A stretch of 64,000 bases of DNA. Source: Calcarisporiella thermophila CBS 279.70 (lineage: Eukaryota; Fungi; Calcarisporiellomycota). The DNA lies in assembly GCF_041956535.1 (NCBI RefSeq), contig NW_027192191.1:1127443-1191442 (forward strand), written 5' to 3'. The position numbers and the translations under genes were made by a program. Under the pieces are notes generated by a model that saw only the letters and a program-made list of their open reading frames with translations, had not been told where the DNA came from and searched no databases. Shown here in pieces: positions 35,770 through 48,935 of the stretch (position 1 is the stretch's first letter; each line of letters begins with the position of its first letter).

Positions 35770-37230
35770 TCGTACTGTATATATTTGTGATAATTTGCCA
35801 TTTATTTTGTAAATGAATATTTCCACCATCAACCAGTTTAGAGTCAGGTTTTCGCTTACATTGTATTTGATTCACTCGGTATATGATATTGATGAATATT
35901 CATTTGAAGTGTTGACCTATCATCAATATAAATTAAATACCATACGCAGGGAAACTATGGCTCTCATGATTATAGTTTGTCAAAAGTAAGCAATACCTAG
36001 CAACATTCTACAATTTAAATCTTGTAGTTGTGCAGCACCACATAGAGTCTTGGTAGAGGCAAATATATAAATATTTAAATTTTTACATTTTTTTGGACCC
36101 AAGGCTGCTTAATCACAAATTGCTCACTGAAAAACTCGGCTTTGCATCAATTAAGTGCCAGGAAATATGTCCTTTATTAATGCAGTTTTGTAAAGCTAGT
36201 CAGCAAGATTCCGTATAAGGCTAATCTCTATATTAAATAAATTTATCACATTTGGACGATAAACACACAAATAAAATAAGCATCTTCCTATAGGTCCTGT
36301 TAGAATCAAATGGTCAATCTTCTAAACGAGAGTGAATGAGCCGAAATTTAATCAGGCTTCAGGTCTCATCGAGAAAGCTATGAGGATTGAATGGGGAGCA
36401 AATGTTGCAAACAATCTGCAATTCGATTACAACCTCATTATATGATTTTATCATCTATCAAGCCTTAACCACCCTGCAATTCGGTCAAAGCTATCTCAAA
36501 TTTTTCGGTCTTTTATATGAAATTGTTCTTTACTTTTCTTTTCTTGCAAGATTTTCTGTCCAAGGGTCATTATTGAACCTAGGATTTTCTTCACTCAACT
36601 ACTTTCTTAGACACACATTAGGCAAGTTGCTATGATAATAAAGGCTATACCTGCTATATATTCCTTATTGCAATATATATATTTGAAGCATTCTTCGGGA
36701 TTTCATTCCGCCATATATATGACGTTCGTCAGCAAAAGCCAATGTTTAATAGGGCAAACTATCCGCACGAATGCAGTCGCATATGTAGATGTAATATACA
36801 AGTGTATTAATAATAGAAAATGAATGAGTATTATTAATACTATATTATCTCCAGCCTTTTGAATTTTTTGTAATATATTTTATGAATGAAATGGTTGCAG
36901 CCGTTGCTAGCCAATACTTTTAATTACGCGACCTTTTGAGGACATATTGTAATTATGTAAAATGTTGCGCCGAAAAAGCTTTCAGCACGCTTTCATAAGC
37001 TTGAGATTAATGATCCTCCGACATGTCTGTACCGAAAGACTCCTTTTAGTGCTCGGAACCAGTTTTTAGAAGTCTTCAAACTTCATTCTGAATTTCATCA
37101 CAATTGAATTTTATTTTAACAAGAATCGAGCATTCGACACATTGGAGTCGTATAGACTTATTGATAGTTTAAAATATTTTTTCATTCTCACATTTTATAA
37201 AGCATCCCTTCCATTACAAGTTTGCATTAC

Positions 37231-40140
37231 ATGGCGGTGCGCAAGATGCCACTTTCCAGCTATCTCCATTGTATTGATTCTCACATTTCGTGTGGTAAAC
37301 TCACGGCCGCTCGAGCAGAGCTCCAAGCAGCCGCCGCTACATATCACAACAGTCCCGAAGTTCTGGTTTGTATAAAAGTCTTTCCGATAATTCATCCAAG
37401 TATATGTATGGCATAACTTTGATGTAATGCATAGCTCCGACATCATAAAATACTCTTACTAGAGGGGAATTATCGGGATGCAGTATTTACACTTTATCAA
37501 CTGTGAGTATATAGTAGAAGGAAAGTATTTCCTATGTAATATTAATCTTTAGATGAATAGTATTGAACATAACCCATCCTCTCGGCTTCTAAAAGAGTAC
37601 TTCTGCCAAATAACGCGTGCAGTGCAGCAACACACATGCGACGAAAAGTTCGGTATGAAAAACCTTTTTATATTTTCTTTCTAAATGTCTCATGCTAGCT
37701 TGGGTTCTGTAGCTCTGTTTCTAAAGCTGTCACCAAAAATGCAAGAGAAGGTTCTGATCGAGAGCGCCAAGTACTTCGAGAGCATCGGAGAATTTCTTGA
37801 TGCTTGTAAAGTGTATCTTTTATTCATGCAAGCGTTTCCATATACTACACTAAGATATGGGGTAACTGGGAGAGAGATTAGGATATAAGAATATGCAACT
37901 CACCTAACCGGAACTAATTTTCATATAGGCTAAAGCAGCAGATCTGATTATTCTTTGTGACCTGAGATCTTCAAGGGAACTCTCTGCGATTAATCCATAC
38001 AGAATAATATTTGGTACAACGGGAAAATTCGCAAATTATTTATTTTATGAGTAATCAAACTCTTTTAATAGCAAAGGAGATTCTTCCTCAGGTCCTGCAA
38101 TATAAGTTCAGATTGGTTGACCAATACGGCGGTAAATCACATCAGCAATGTGTGGAGTTGGCCGAAAATGCAAATGAAAAGCATATCTATGTATCGTCAA
38201 GGCAACTGAGGCAATGGACAGAATTCGTTCAAGGCTACTACCTCGCTATACGAGACTGGTCATCCCTCATAAAAACATCTTTGCTTATACTAGAGTGCTG
38301 CGGATATATCCCGCGTGGAAGGTATTTACATATTGTATTGTCGATCGATGGATGATAAAACATATATCCCTTTAACTAGCAATTCCGATCTACCTAGCTC
38401 GATGTGCTTGGATTATATTCACAAACTCTTTAACCTCTTGCATCAAGCGAAAACCAAGTTTCCTCAATTGCAAGGAAGTGCTCATGGATTGAACTGTGAA
38501 ATGTCAATTTTGGCTGCTACATTCGCATACTTTGCCCATCAATATTTCGCACAAGTGAACGGTGGTGAAAAAGAGGGTGGTATCTTAATTCCTGCACATG
38601 ATTTTTCACAAATGGTGGGCAAAAAGAATTTTATCACCTCGCCAAGATCATCTGGAAGAGGGCAGAGTTTGGAAAATGTGGATCCAAAGAGAGAAATGGG
38701 TGAAGGTTGCTACACGAATTCAAAAGAGATGCACATGTGTCTTGATGCAGAATCGGAGCGAAGATTTGGGAGCCCTAGAGCTATGCAAGTTAGCAATCTC
38801 ATGAATTTTCCTGAAGAACTGACTTACAGCCAATTGAGCAGTACGCTTAAAGAAGAGACTATTGGCACGAATCTGGTTGACGATGAGAGAAACGTTAGCA
38901 ACATTGAATTGAATGAGATGGGCTTTAAATCGGTAGATAGCACGATGGAATTGCTTCATCATTGCCGCGAGCTTTTATCCTATATGGATACCACTCTGAA
39001 ATATCATGGATGTACGCGATCGCCTCAAGAAGGTATTTATCGATACATATATTCATGAGATATTTGAGATACTGATTAATTATTTACATGCCTCAGAACT
39101 GGACAATATGTGTCAGCTCTGGAAATTACAGTTGGATCTTAAATGTGCCATATTACTAGCTCAAGCAGAAATTTTTTTGATAGAGGTTAGATATCACAAT
39201 TCATTGCCAGCCAACTATTATTCACCGTGAGCAAATTCTGTTATAGGAAAATCTTCAACATGCCGTCTTTCTCTATAAGAAAATATGCTATAGTCTTGCC
39301 GATACCTGGGTTCAATATCGCCATACCGCGCATAGTCTTATAGCCAACTCTAAACAGCGGAATCAATATTCTTGGTTAGCCATTTTCCCATTACGAATCC
39401 TCTATTGCATCGCAGTTTGCTATCACAGTGTAGGGTGGCACCAGGAGGCAAGCATGGAGCTTTGGATGATACTTTATTTAGCGCCGCGATTGCAGTTGAC
39501 GCAGGGAATCTTTGAGAGAGAGAAAGTGCAGAGGCTCCGGGCAAAAAAAGGGGATACGAAAAGTCTCAATTTTATGCGGACTACATTCGATATATTTACT
39601 GCAAAATGTTTGAGATATTTGATCATCATCCTGGCGGTGAGTTGCCAAATGCAATGAAAGAAGAATCATTTGAACCATTTATTAAGGATATGTTTGTTTT
39701 AATTTGATAGAATGAATTAACTATGGACGGTTATCAAGAACGCACAATTGCTCAATTACTAGTTTTACTCCAATATAATCAGCTTGGCTGTGGAAATGTT
39801 TCTGTCCGACAACTCTTGGATATTATTCGGTGTAAAGGCAGCCTTCTATGCCGGGATTTGTTGCACTACATTCATTGTAATTATAATAGCGCACGGAGCA
39901 TGTGTACAGTTATTAATAACTTTTATATTAGGTCAGGATATCATTAAAAGCCTACAAAATCTTGTGGCCAATGATGGGGTACTCCTCGATATCTTCAGTC
40001 AGTCGTTGGAGAATTACCCGGTGGATCTCTTCCAGAGACATATTGAGGAGGTGCGAAAGTTTAATGAGGGGGATAAATTCAATCTTTTGGTGAAATTTAG
40101 CCGTCGAGTCCTAATGCCGGAGAGAGCAAGCGTAAAATAG
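37231..40140 (+). CDS. INTS10: Integrator complex subunit 10-like helical-repeat protein, ~10 exons
   Basis: AARAELQAAAATYHNSPEV ~ human AAKAWLITARSLYPADFNI; LFLKLSPKMQEKVL ~ LFETLPGRVQCEML; FMQAFPYTTLRYG ~ LLRRFPETVVQHG; AINPYRIIFAKEILP ~ PVNCFRKLFVCDVLP; IAQLLVLLQY...IIRCKGSL...LLHYIH ~ LGHVIVLLQQ...ICQQGNF...FFNYVT. Human sequence from recall. Confidence 0.7.
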
Positions 40141-40408
40141 ACTTGATACCGATATTGTGTTTATTTCCATTTTTTATTCTCTACCACTCTTATATGCTGC
40201 CTTTTTTGTAACTGGTTATTCGACAAGTGGTATATGTCGATACACTTTCTGATTTTGTGCAAGTACACATGTAGTTTTATATTTTATTCATTCACAAAAC
40301 AATGAGGTTTGGATTAGAAGCGCACCAGCTAATCCAAATGCATAAATATTGTATAAATGCCGCAAAATATAATCCACCTACAAAAGCATTATTATTGCCA
40401 TAGTGCCT

Positions 40409-41581
40409 TTAGCCAATCAACCCCTTGGCAACCGCAACTTCGGCGTTCAGTATACTACTACCCGCCGCACCCAACACAGTATTATGCGCAAGTAATACGA
40501 ATTTCACATCTAATACAGGGCATTCACGCACTCGCCCCACACTCACAGTGTAGCCTGCACCAAGATCTCGGTCTAGTCTCGGCTGGGGCCGGTCAACATC
40601 TTCGAACACCTTAATACATTGTTTAGGAGCCGAGGGACAACCCAGTTTCTGTGCTTCGGGAACGTAGTTGCGTAACACCTCCATTATTTGCTGCGAACTT
40701 GGCGGAGGGCGCTTCGCAAATTTAATAGAGACACATTCAAGATGGCCGTCTATAACGGGAACCCGATTACAAGATGCCGATACTTTGGTCTCGGAAAGCG
40801 GCACAAATCCTTCTGCTCCGCATCCTCCCAAGATCTTAAGGGTTTCCCACTCCATCTTCTCCTCCTCTCCTCCAATATGAGGCACCACATTATCCATTAT
40901 ATCCAGAGATGCAACTCCTGGGTAACCTGCACCAGAAATTGCTTGCATCGTATGAACAACAACATGGGAAAGAGGACCGAACGCATCTTGAAGTGGCTTC
41001 AATGCGGCCACAAGTCCAGTTGTCGAGCAGTTAGCATTCGTAACAAGGAAACCTTTTTGAAGAGAATAAGCAGAACGTTGTTGGGGTACAATATCAAAAT
41101 GAGGGGCGTTAACAACGGGCACAACAAGAGGAACAAGAGGATCTCGACGATAATTCTTGGCATTCGAGAACACCACCAAATCGGCCTTCAAAAACGCCAT
41201 TTCTAAGTGAAGGAGGGGGCAAAATCGTAAGTACAGCGTAATCTCTAAACGGGGATCTTATCTCATATCGTAACTACTCCTTGAGAGATCATATTTACCT
41301 ATATCACCAGCGACGTCCGCATCTAATCCCGAGAAAACTATATCGCATTCACTGAACTCCGAGGGAACGCACGGGCGCACAATGAGTGAACGTGCATTCT
41401 CGGGTATAGGGCATGAAAGCTTCCATCGGGTCGCCTCAGCATAAGTTTTACCAGCGGATTTGGGCGAGGCTCCAATAGCATGGAGGCGAAGGTAGGGATG
41501 CTCACTTATTAATAGCACAAACCGCTGACCTACCGTGCCAGTGCCACCAAGAATTCCGGCTTTGAGGGGTCGCTGAGGCAT
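40409..41581 (-). CDS. HOM2: Aspartate-semialdehyde dehydrogenase, 2 exons
   Basis: GILGGTGTVGQRF, FSNAKNYRRDPLVPLVVP, TNANCSTTG (catalytic Cys), MQAISGAGYPG, HNTVLGAAGSSILNAE. Confidence 0.97.
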
Positions 41582-41816
41582 ATTTGTTGGAGATATTTGA
41601 AATGTATTATTTGCAAGAGGTTGAAAAAGCAAAAAGTGTCTGTCACAAATGACAAAATATTAAATCACAGACTTTAAGAACGTCTTAAGACATTTGTTAT
41701 CTATATCCAGTGATAAAGTTTATTATAACAATAAGGGAGAAGAATGCACTCTGAAGTAAACTCTCAAAAGAAAAATAGCTATATTATTCATGTAAGTTAA
41801 GGTTTAAATCAACTTT

Positions 41817-43554
41817 TTAGCTACTCTCACTCTTTGATTTTTCTATAGAGAGTATGCCAACTGCTGCATTCGATAGTACATCCAAGGGTGACCACCCACT
41901 TAAGGGAGTAGGTGAATGTGGCCCGTCACCCTTTGCAGGGTCATTCTTATACGCTTTCTTTGCCGACAGTGATTGTGTTGCAGGGGTAGGATACCGCTCA
42001 TCGACCCCAATTCCAGTACCGCCTTTTAATGGCCCAAATGGTTCATCGACAATATCCGAGGAGTGTGCGCTCTTTTTGTTTGAAAAGCACTGTTGTTCAG
42101 AATCGTTACAATACGTTGTGCGACGAAGTGTGAGGTCGCGAGGAGGGGTAACTGGTGGCCCAAACTGCTCTTTCAGAGATGCAAAGGTCGTGAGATTGAT
42201 ATCGTGCCAACCGTTGTTGGTACTAAGTAGATTGCCTTTGGTGCTGGTTCCAAGAGGCCGTCGTTTTCGCCCTGACATATTCTCGCAAGCTTCTTTCAGC
42301 GCACTAGAGAGACTTGCAGTACGGAGGAGTTTCGGCGAAGGAGACACGGTGGGAAGTGACGAACACCGTGACAACTTAGCACGTTTTCTACTTGACAGTT
42401 GCTGCTGTTGGTATTGCTGACACGGAGTTAACTGAGAAAGGCTATTCTCTTTGTCTTCCAATTCATCCGGATTGAAATCGCGTTTTCGGCGGGACGAACT
42501 TGGCGTTACAAACATGGTATTTGTTGAATCACCTGGGCTGGCTAGTAGATTATGGATAGAGGCAGAGCTGGAAGCAGCGCTGGTTACGTTGAGTGGTGTT
42601 CGTTTCACGGTAGACCTAAGCGGGGTGGTGGGAGCCGTCCACTCTTCAGTGGTTTGTTCCAAGGGAGCGGTCCTTGCCTTTTGTAAAGTAGGTAAGATAG
42701 GTTCTCTGGTGGCCTTCGGCGTCACTTCAACCGTATTCTTTTTAATTTGTTTTTCGGGAACTGATGGACGTCGTTCCTGCGGGTTAGCCATCAGATTAGA
42801 ATAGAAAAGACTGCCAAAATTATCTCCACGGCACACAAGTACATTTGGCTTCTCATCAGTTATCGTCGGAGAGCTTATGCGTGGTCGTATGTTAACAAGT
42901 TTGCCACCGGTCAAAGACTGTAACTTTGGAGTTTGATTTTGATTAATAGTTGCGGTTGAGAGTCCAGCGTGGTCTGGAGGAGTTGTCGCTTCGGGAAGCG
43001 ATTCTTGTGAAGGGCTTATTGGAATATGGTCGCTTGATTGATTTTGCTGCTGATTTTCCTTCGTCATTTGATGCTTTCGTCGTAGAGATTGCCTATTAAG
43101 AATAAAATTATCTTCAGTAATTAATAAGCTAAATAATATGAATTCGGATCTCACCTTCGATTTTGAAACCAAATCTGAATAGCTCGACTTGTCATGCCTA
43201 TTATTTGAAAATTCATATTCACAATATAATACAAAATACTACAGAATAAATTTAATATTTACCTAGTTTTTTCCCAAGTTCCTCTCGAGTCTTTGCATCA
43301 GGTAATTGATTTTCTTCGAAAGCCGATTCAAGGATTGCAAGCTCCTCTTGGTTAGTGCGTCTTCTCCGTTTTTTGGGCTGTTCATTGGCCACAACTCCAA
43401 AGTTTTTAGAATCGGCATTTACCCAATTGAATTGCTTTGCCTGCTGCCAGCGTGCAGCTGCGGCATTAGATGCGATAAGCATACTGGAGGGCGTATTAGA
43501 AATGTTGGGCTGCTGACCTAACTTATAGATCGATGTGTTGGTAGATTCACTCAT
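41817..43554 (-). CDS. Homeodomain transcription factor (Yox1-like), 3 exons
   Basis: KKRRRRTNQEELAILESAFEENQLPDAKTREELGKKL|GMTSRAIQIWFQNRR|QSLRR homeodomain, followed by a long S/T-P-rich tail. Confidence 0.9.
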
Positions 43555-43869
43555 CTCTTTTCGTTATATTCAAAAAAGGGAAAAAAAATATGATACAAGA
43601 ATATATATAAAGTATATATATATGGCTGGGAAAGAAAAATTTGATGAGATTAATCCAACTGATTCGTGGTCTGTTGGAATATTATAAACTAGAGGAGAGA
43701 TTTCATCAAGATGCTTTCTCTTTGATTTTAAGAGAAAAAAAAAATTAAAGATTCGCACCCTTCTCCGCAGCCTTTGAGACAGGGAAGGGGGGAGAGTAGG
43801 GCAAAGAGGAAAAAAGAGAAGAGAACAAGATTAAGTCAACATTCAATTTAACATCATTTGGGTGACTTC

Positions 43870-43905
43870 ACGCGTCCGGCGAGCAATGATTGGAAAGACG
43901 CGAAA
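43870..43905 (-). promoter_or_regulatory. MCB/SCB/E2F-like elements (ACGCGT, ACGCGAAA) flanking a CCAAT box upstream of the homeobox gene
   Basis: ACGCGT 43870-43875, ATTGG 43889-43893, ACGCGAAA 43898-43905 in an otherwise CpG-poor AT-rich spacer about 320 nt upstream of the ATG. Confidence 0.5.
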
Positions 43906-44112
43906 TAAAATCTTTTAAGATAAATTGCTTGGATTTTTCTAGTATTTTAATAGAGAAAATAATATAATATATATGCAGGGAAAAATATGAGAAAATTCTG
44001 AAAAATTTCAGAGAAAAAAATTGATTTATAAAAGTAAACATAACAATGAATATTGTATAAAAGCAGACTTTTTTTGGCATATATATCTAAAACCCAGGGT
44101 TGTATTTTTTGT

Positions 44113-46218
44113 TTAGAGGAACTCTTTTGGTCGTCCACCAACTCCTCCTGCATAATCATATACTACACCGGCAACTCGGAAAGCCAGATCGTCGCACTCA
44201 CTGCGTGTCGCAGCTTCTGCGTATACACGTACAACATCTTCAGTGCCGGAAGGTCTAAAAGAATATAAAGTTGTTAACGCCCAAAAAATTCCAAAATAGA
44301 AGCATATTAATTACCGAACAAATGAACGGCCACTATTGTATTTTGCTACCAATTCGTCAATCTTTGCCTGCAATCCAACAGGCTCAACGAGCTGGCGTTC
44401 CGCATTTGTTGTTTTAAAAATATGACGGTCAGCAACCTTAACTTTGACAAGGCGATTCGGAAGATCAGTATATGCCTGATTCCATTCGTCTAAGCTCCAT
44501 TGGCGATGCGTTAGGATAGCTTCTACAAGGAGCAGATCAGATAGAGCGTCGCCGACCGTCTGATTAATTAGCTCAGTCAAAGCACGAAGTTTCTTAAGTG
44601 CCGTCTCCTGTGCAGGAGTGCGACCCTCGGTTGTGCGAATAATGTGGAGTGCTTGTGGGTTGAAAAGCACAGTCCCATGACCATTTGCCTCAAAATAAAC
44701 TCCAATATCATATTTTGTGGCTTCGTGATGCAAATGCTTAACCCCAGTGGCTACGCAAGATACGGGAACTTGCTATTAAAATGTGTGATTGATTGAGCCA
44801 TTTCCAAAATAATATTAATCGGTCGTTAATTATAAATTTGACATAGACATACCAGAGTATTTGATAAATAATGCGTTGAGCTTCCGTTGGCGTAAGCAGT
44901 CTGGACTACCCCGACTTTAATGGAATCAATTCCCGAAGCTTTGACAAGCTCCATAATGAACATCGATGCCAAACCGGCGATTTTATCGCCATCCAGAAGT
45001 TTAAAATGATTATCTAAATATTAAAAATTAGACAATAGGGCACAATTGGCTAAATTCTTTGAAAAGACTTACTGGAATCGGTGAAAAAGTAAACTATACG
45101 ATCAGCATCCCCATCTAAGGCAGCGCACCGATCATTAGGTGTAACTTGGAAGCCCTCAGGAAAAGCTTGGTTCGATTTAACGTAATCTGCGCCGCAGTTG
45201 TGATTAAGCTTTGTTTCCGAATTAATATCATCATTTACAATGCGCACAGAGATGATATCCTCGCCAATGTGCTTAATAAGTTCTCGAAGTTTGGGTGCGC
45301 CAACCCCATTTGCACAGTCCACAATCAGCGAAGATAGACGGGGTTTTCCTTGCTATTTAAGAATAAGGTATCAGTCATCTGTAAAATTGTTTTAGTTTAG
45401 TGCACTTGAATACATACAACAATCTGACGGTACGCAGTGGCCAACTTCTTATAATAACCTTCTTCAGTTGGCTCGCCATAGTTATCAGGAGTTCCCGCAG
45501 TATTGAGGCAACGCACAATATAATGCAATTGCGGAGTCGTTTTCAACCCATAGTCGGCATATTCAACTTCCATGGCCTTGAGAGCATCTTCTAAAGAAGC
45601 AATTAGTGCAGGGCCACTTGGGCTAATAAATAAAGTCATCATTTATATGTATTCAATATTTAAATTACAATGCAAATCATCTCACCGTGTATCCCGGGCG
45701 TATACTACTTTTGCTGGTTTAGTAATATCGATATTATTGATGGTAATAACTCGATTGATTACATCGATGAGTTGGGCTTCATCCTCTGCATTTGCCAAGT
45801 CAGTAGCATAAGTTTCCCACGATTGCTCGATCATCTCGCCGAGAGGATCAATAAGCTTAACCCCATTATCCTGTCAGAAAATATTTGTGTGTTAAATTAG
45901 ATGATGTACGACAATGTATAGGGTATTGAATGTGATTCATTTACCGGAGCAGCATTATGAGATGCAGTAATCATAATACCAATAACTTTGCCATCAAGTT
46001 TTTTTGAACGAAGAACAGCAAGGATACCCGTCCGAAATATAACAGAATCAAGAAGAGTTGCCCTTAAAACAAGACTAGTTAGGACCAAACCATTATTAGA
46101 AATAAAAGAAATTTTACTTCATGCGAAACCCAGCAGTGCCGTAACTGAACTTTAAGGCAGGCGGTTTAGGATGACGAGCCGATGCCTGCCTGATAACTGG
46201 GTTGTCGAATTTTTGCAT
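44113..46218 (-). CDS. PCM1: Phosphoacetylglucosamine mutase (PGM3/Agm1)
   Basis: [17 protein letters not shown] (catalytic Ser), [41 protein letters not shown]. Confidence 0.97.
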
Positions 46219-46443
46219 TGGATCGTAACTTTTTTCTTACAAAATATAGGCGAGAAAGTGGCAAATTGAATGAGCGTAGGAAGATGATGATTACTGACAC
46301 TGTACGCTTTTTAAATCAAATCCTATAATCATTCGAGCTACAAATAGAAAAATAGATTCTGATCGAGTCGTTTCAAATATGACGTAAATTTTGTTTGCGT
46401 TTTCTTTCTCTTTCTCTTCAGCTGCCTACACATCATATTTGCG

Positions 46444-46747
46444 ATGACTTCATTTTACGACGAGATCGAGATCGAAGATTTTGAATTTGACGAAGAGACC
46501 CGCACATTCTACTATCCATGCCCGTGTGGTGATCGGTTTGCTATTACTGAGGTACACATTTCTTTGTTTGCAAAATTTTCTTTACATAGTTATTAAGTAT
46601 ATCGAATAGGATGAATTAAAAGACGGAGAAGACATCGCTCGCTGTCCAAGCTGCTCATTAATAGTTCGAGTAATCGGAATAGAAGATTATCTCGATGATG
46701 ATGGCGGAGATACGATCGATTTAGGAGGGGAGCCAATCGCAGTTTGA
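46444..46747 (+). CDS. DPH3: Diphthamide biosynthesis protein 3 (CSL zinc finger, Kti11), 2 exons
   Basis: [36 protein letters not shown]|[22 protein letters not shown]...*. Confidence 0.95.
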
Positions 46748-47088
46748 ACATAATTACACTCGACCATTCATAGCTTATTGTACATAATCATTGTTTACTT
46801 ATTTCTCTATTATTGTCCTATTATTACTGATCCAATTACATAGATTTTCTTTTTTAACAGAATAAATAAATGAATACTGATTTAATTGTTTTAATCAGTG
46901 AGGTAGATTTGCAGAATGTAAAGGGCGTTCAAAGGTTTTATTTATACAATAACAAAGAATTTTCCAAGAAAGTGGAAGTTCTTTCAAATTAGCAGAAAAA
47001 GACAAATATCAACAATGCAGAAAAATAAATATGAAAATGCGATAAAATTTGCAGTCAGTGGAAATATAATGAGATTATATTTTCGATC

Positions 47089-48935
47089 CTATAGCAACAG
47101 TACCGAAAAGAAGACGATTGCAGCTAATATGCTCTCTTTACTCTTTGACGTATTTCCCACACTTGCAGTTGCTTCATCTGCTTCAGCTTTCGGCGACACT
47201 GCACTCTTTTTCTTTGTCTCCCCATCACCACAGTCCAGCTGGCATCGAGCAGCAAGTGATCCAGCATTATTCATAACTTCGCTCGGGGGGCAAACTTGAA
47301 AGATATTTGGTTGCATTTTACAATATTCAAGATGAGGTGGTGCTGGCACGAGCGGAAATGAGCCGCTGAGCTGGTTATAGTTCAAGGAAATGTACGTGAG
47401 GTTACCAAGTAGAGCAATTTGTTCTGGAATAGCTCCGGTGAGCTGATTATGATTCAAAGTCCTGATATGATGAAATAAAGTGAGTACAGCTAATAAGATA
47501 CATACGCTATCTTCAAAGGCTTACAATTTCTCGATGTTAGCCAGGTTACCGATAGATTTTGGGATATTTCCTCTAAGCTCATTAAATGACAGATCCCTTT
47601 ATAGTTTTATAGTATCAATAATCCTTGAATAAATGAGCATATTAGGTAGACTTACATATTTTTAATGCTGATAAGGTTCCCCAGTCTCTCAGAAATACTC
47701 CCTGAGATTTCATTATCGCCAAGCAAGAGCGAGTTCAATCTTGACAGGTTGTATAGAGATTCTGGAATTGGTCCTTTTAGCTTGTTGCCTCTCAAATTTC
47801 TATTTAAAGGAGTTTTAGAGTCTTTACTCATCAATTACATACAAAGGTACTTACAGCTGCTCTAAGCTGTGAATTGATCCGATTTCCTCTGGAATTTTTC
47901 CTGTAAAGTTGTTATGGTCTAAATACAAGTCCCGAAGACTTGATAGTTTAGCTAGTGTCTTGGGAACCGGTCCTGAAAGTTTATTGCCGCTCAGGTAGCT
48001 ATTCAAGGTAAATTACCATTGATTAGATAAGATACTGTATAGTACGAAATTTGGATAATTGATGCTTACAGGCCTTGCAGAGCGGGTAACTCCATCCATG
48101 TCTCTGGAATCGGCCCTGTAAAGCTGTTATTTCGAAGGTGCCTAAAGTAAATAGATATCGTCAATCTCATTTGTAGGAAAACCAAAAATATAAGAATTTT
48201 TTTTTAAAATTTACAGTTGCTGTAAAAGTGAAAGTTTCCCAATATCCTTTGGAAGAGATCCAGACAACTTGTTCATCTCCATATTGCTAAATTTTCAAGT
48301 ATAAAAAAAGTTAACTACTTTATCACACACTGGTTGAAGTATAAACGGTATTACATATATTTGAGGGTGTTTATGCTGCTAATTTCTGTGGGAATGCTGC
48401 CGGTCAATCCATTCTCACTTAAATCCCTTTGAAAATGTAAGAAATATACTGGATAAACTCATTGTTTCGCTAACAATAACCAAAAAACACTTACAAATGC
48501 ACCAGCCCATTTAGCTGGCCTAAGGTGGAAGGTATATTTCCAATCAGATTATTTTTGGGCAAGTTCCTATTCATCGGCAACCTTAGGACCAAATTGATTC
48601 AATATTATCACATACAGGTATACTTACAGCTGTGTCACAACACCAATGCCGCTGCACTTAACCCCAAACCATGCACAGCATCCCATCGTATCTGTTGAAT
48701 TCCAACCAGTATTTTTCACCCACCTTTCTCCTCCAAGTTCTCGGTATATCTGATTGAGAACTTGACATTCTGCTTTTAAGCTCTGTAATCGAACTTCATT
48801 CAATACAGTCGTATCAGGTAGACCTGGGAGGACACCCCCTAACTGCTCGTCTGTAGTAGGTGGCTCTGATTGTGAATTGACGGACGAAAAGAGGGAGAGT
48901 AATAATATTGCTATAGAGAAGCTATGAATTATCAT
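47089..48935 (-). CDS. Secreted / probably GPI-anchored leucine-rich-repeat protein with plant-type LRRs, 9 exons
   Basis: Signal peptide MIIHSFSIAILLLSLFSSVNS; N-cap W...CCAWFGVKC; about 11 repeats of LxLxxNxL(S/T)GxIPxx(I/L)GxL; hydrophobic C-terminus ILAAIVFFSVLLL*. Confidence 0.9.

Noticed and set aside
11694-46218. Possible glycosaminoglycan cluster (GT64-like + CPS1 + PCM1)
   Set aside because: The genes are 10-20 kb apart and separated by many unrelated housekeeping genes.
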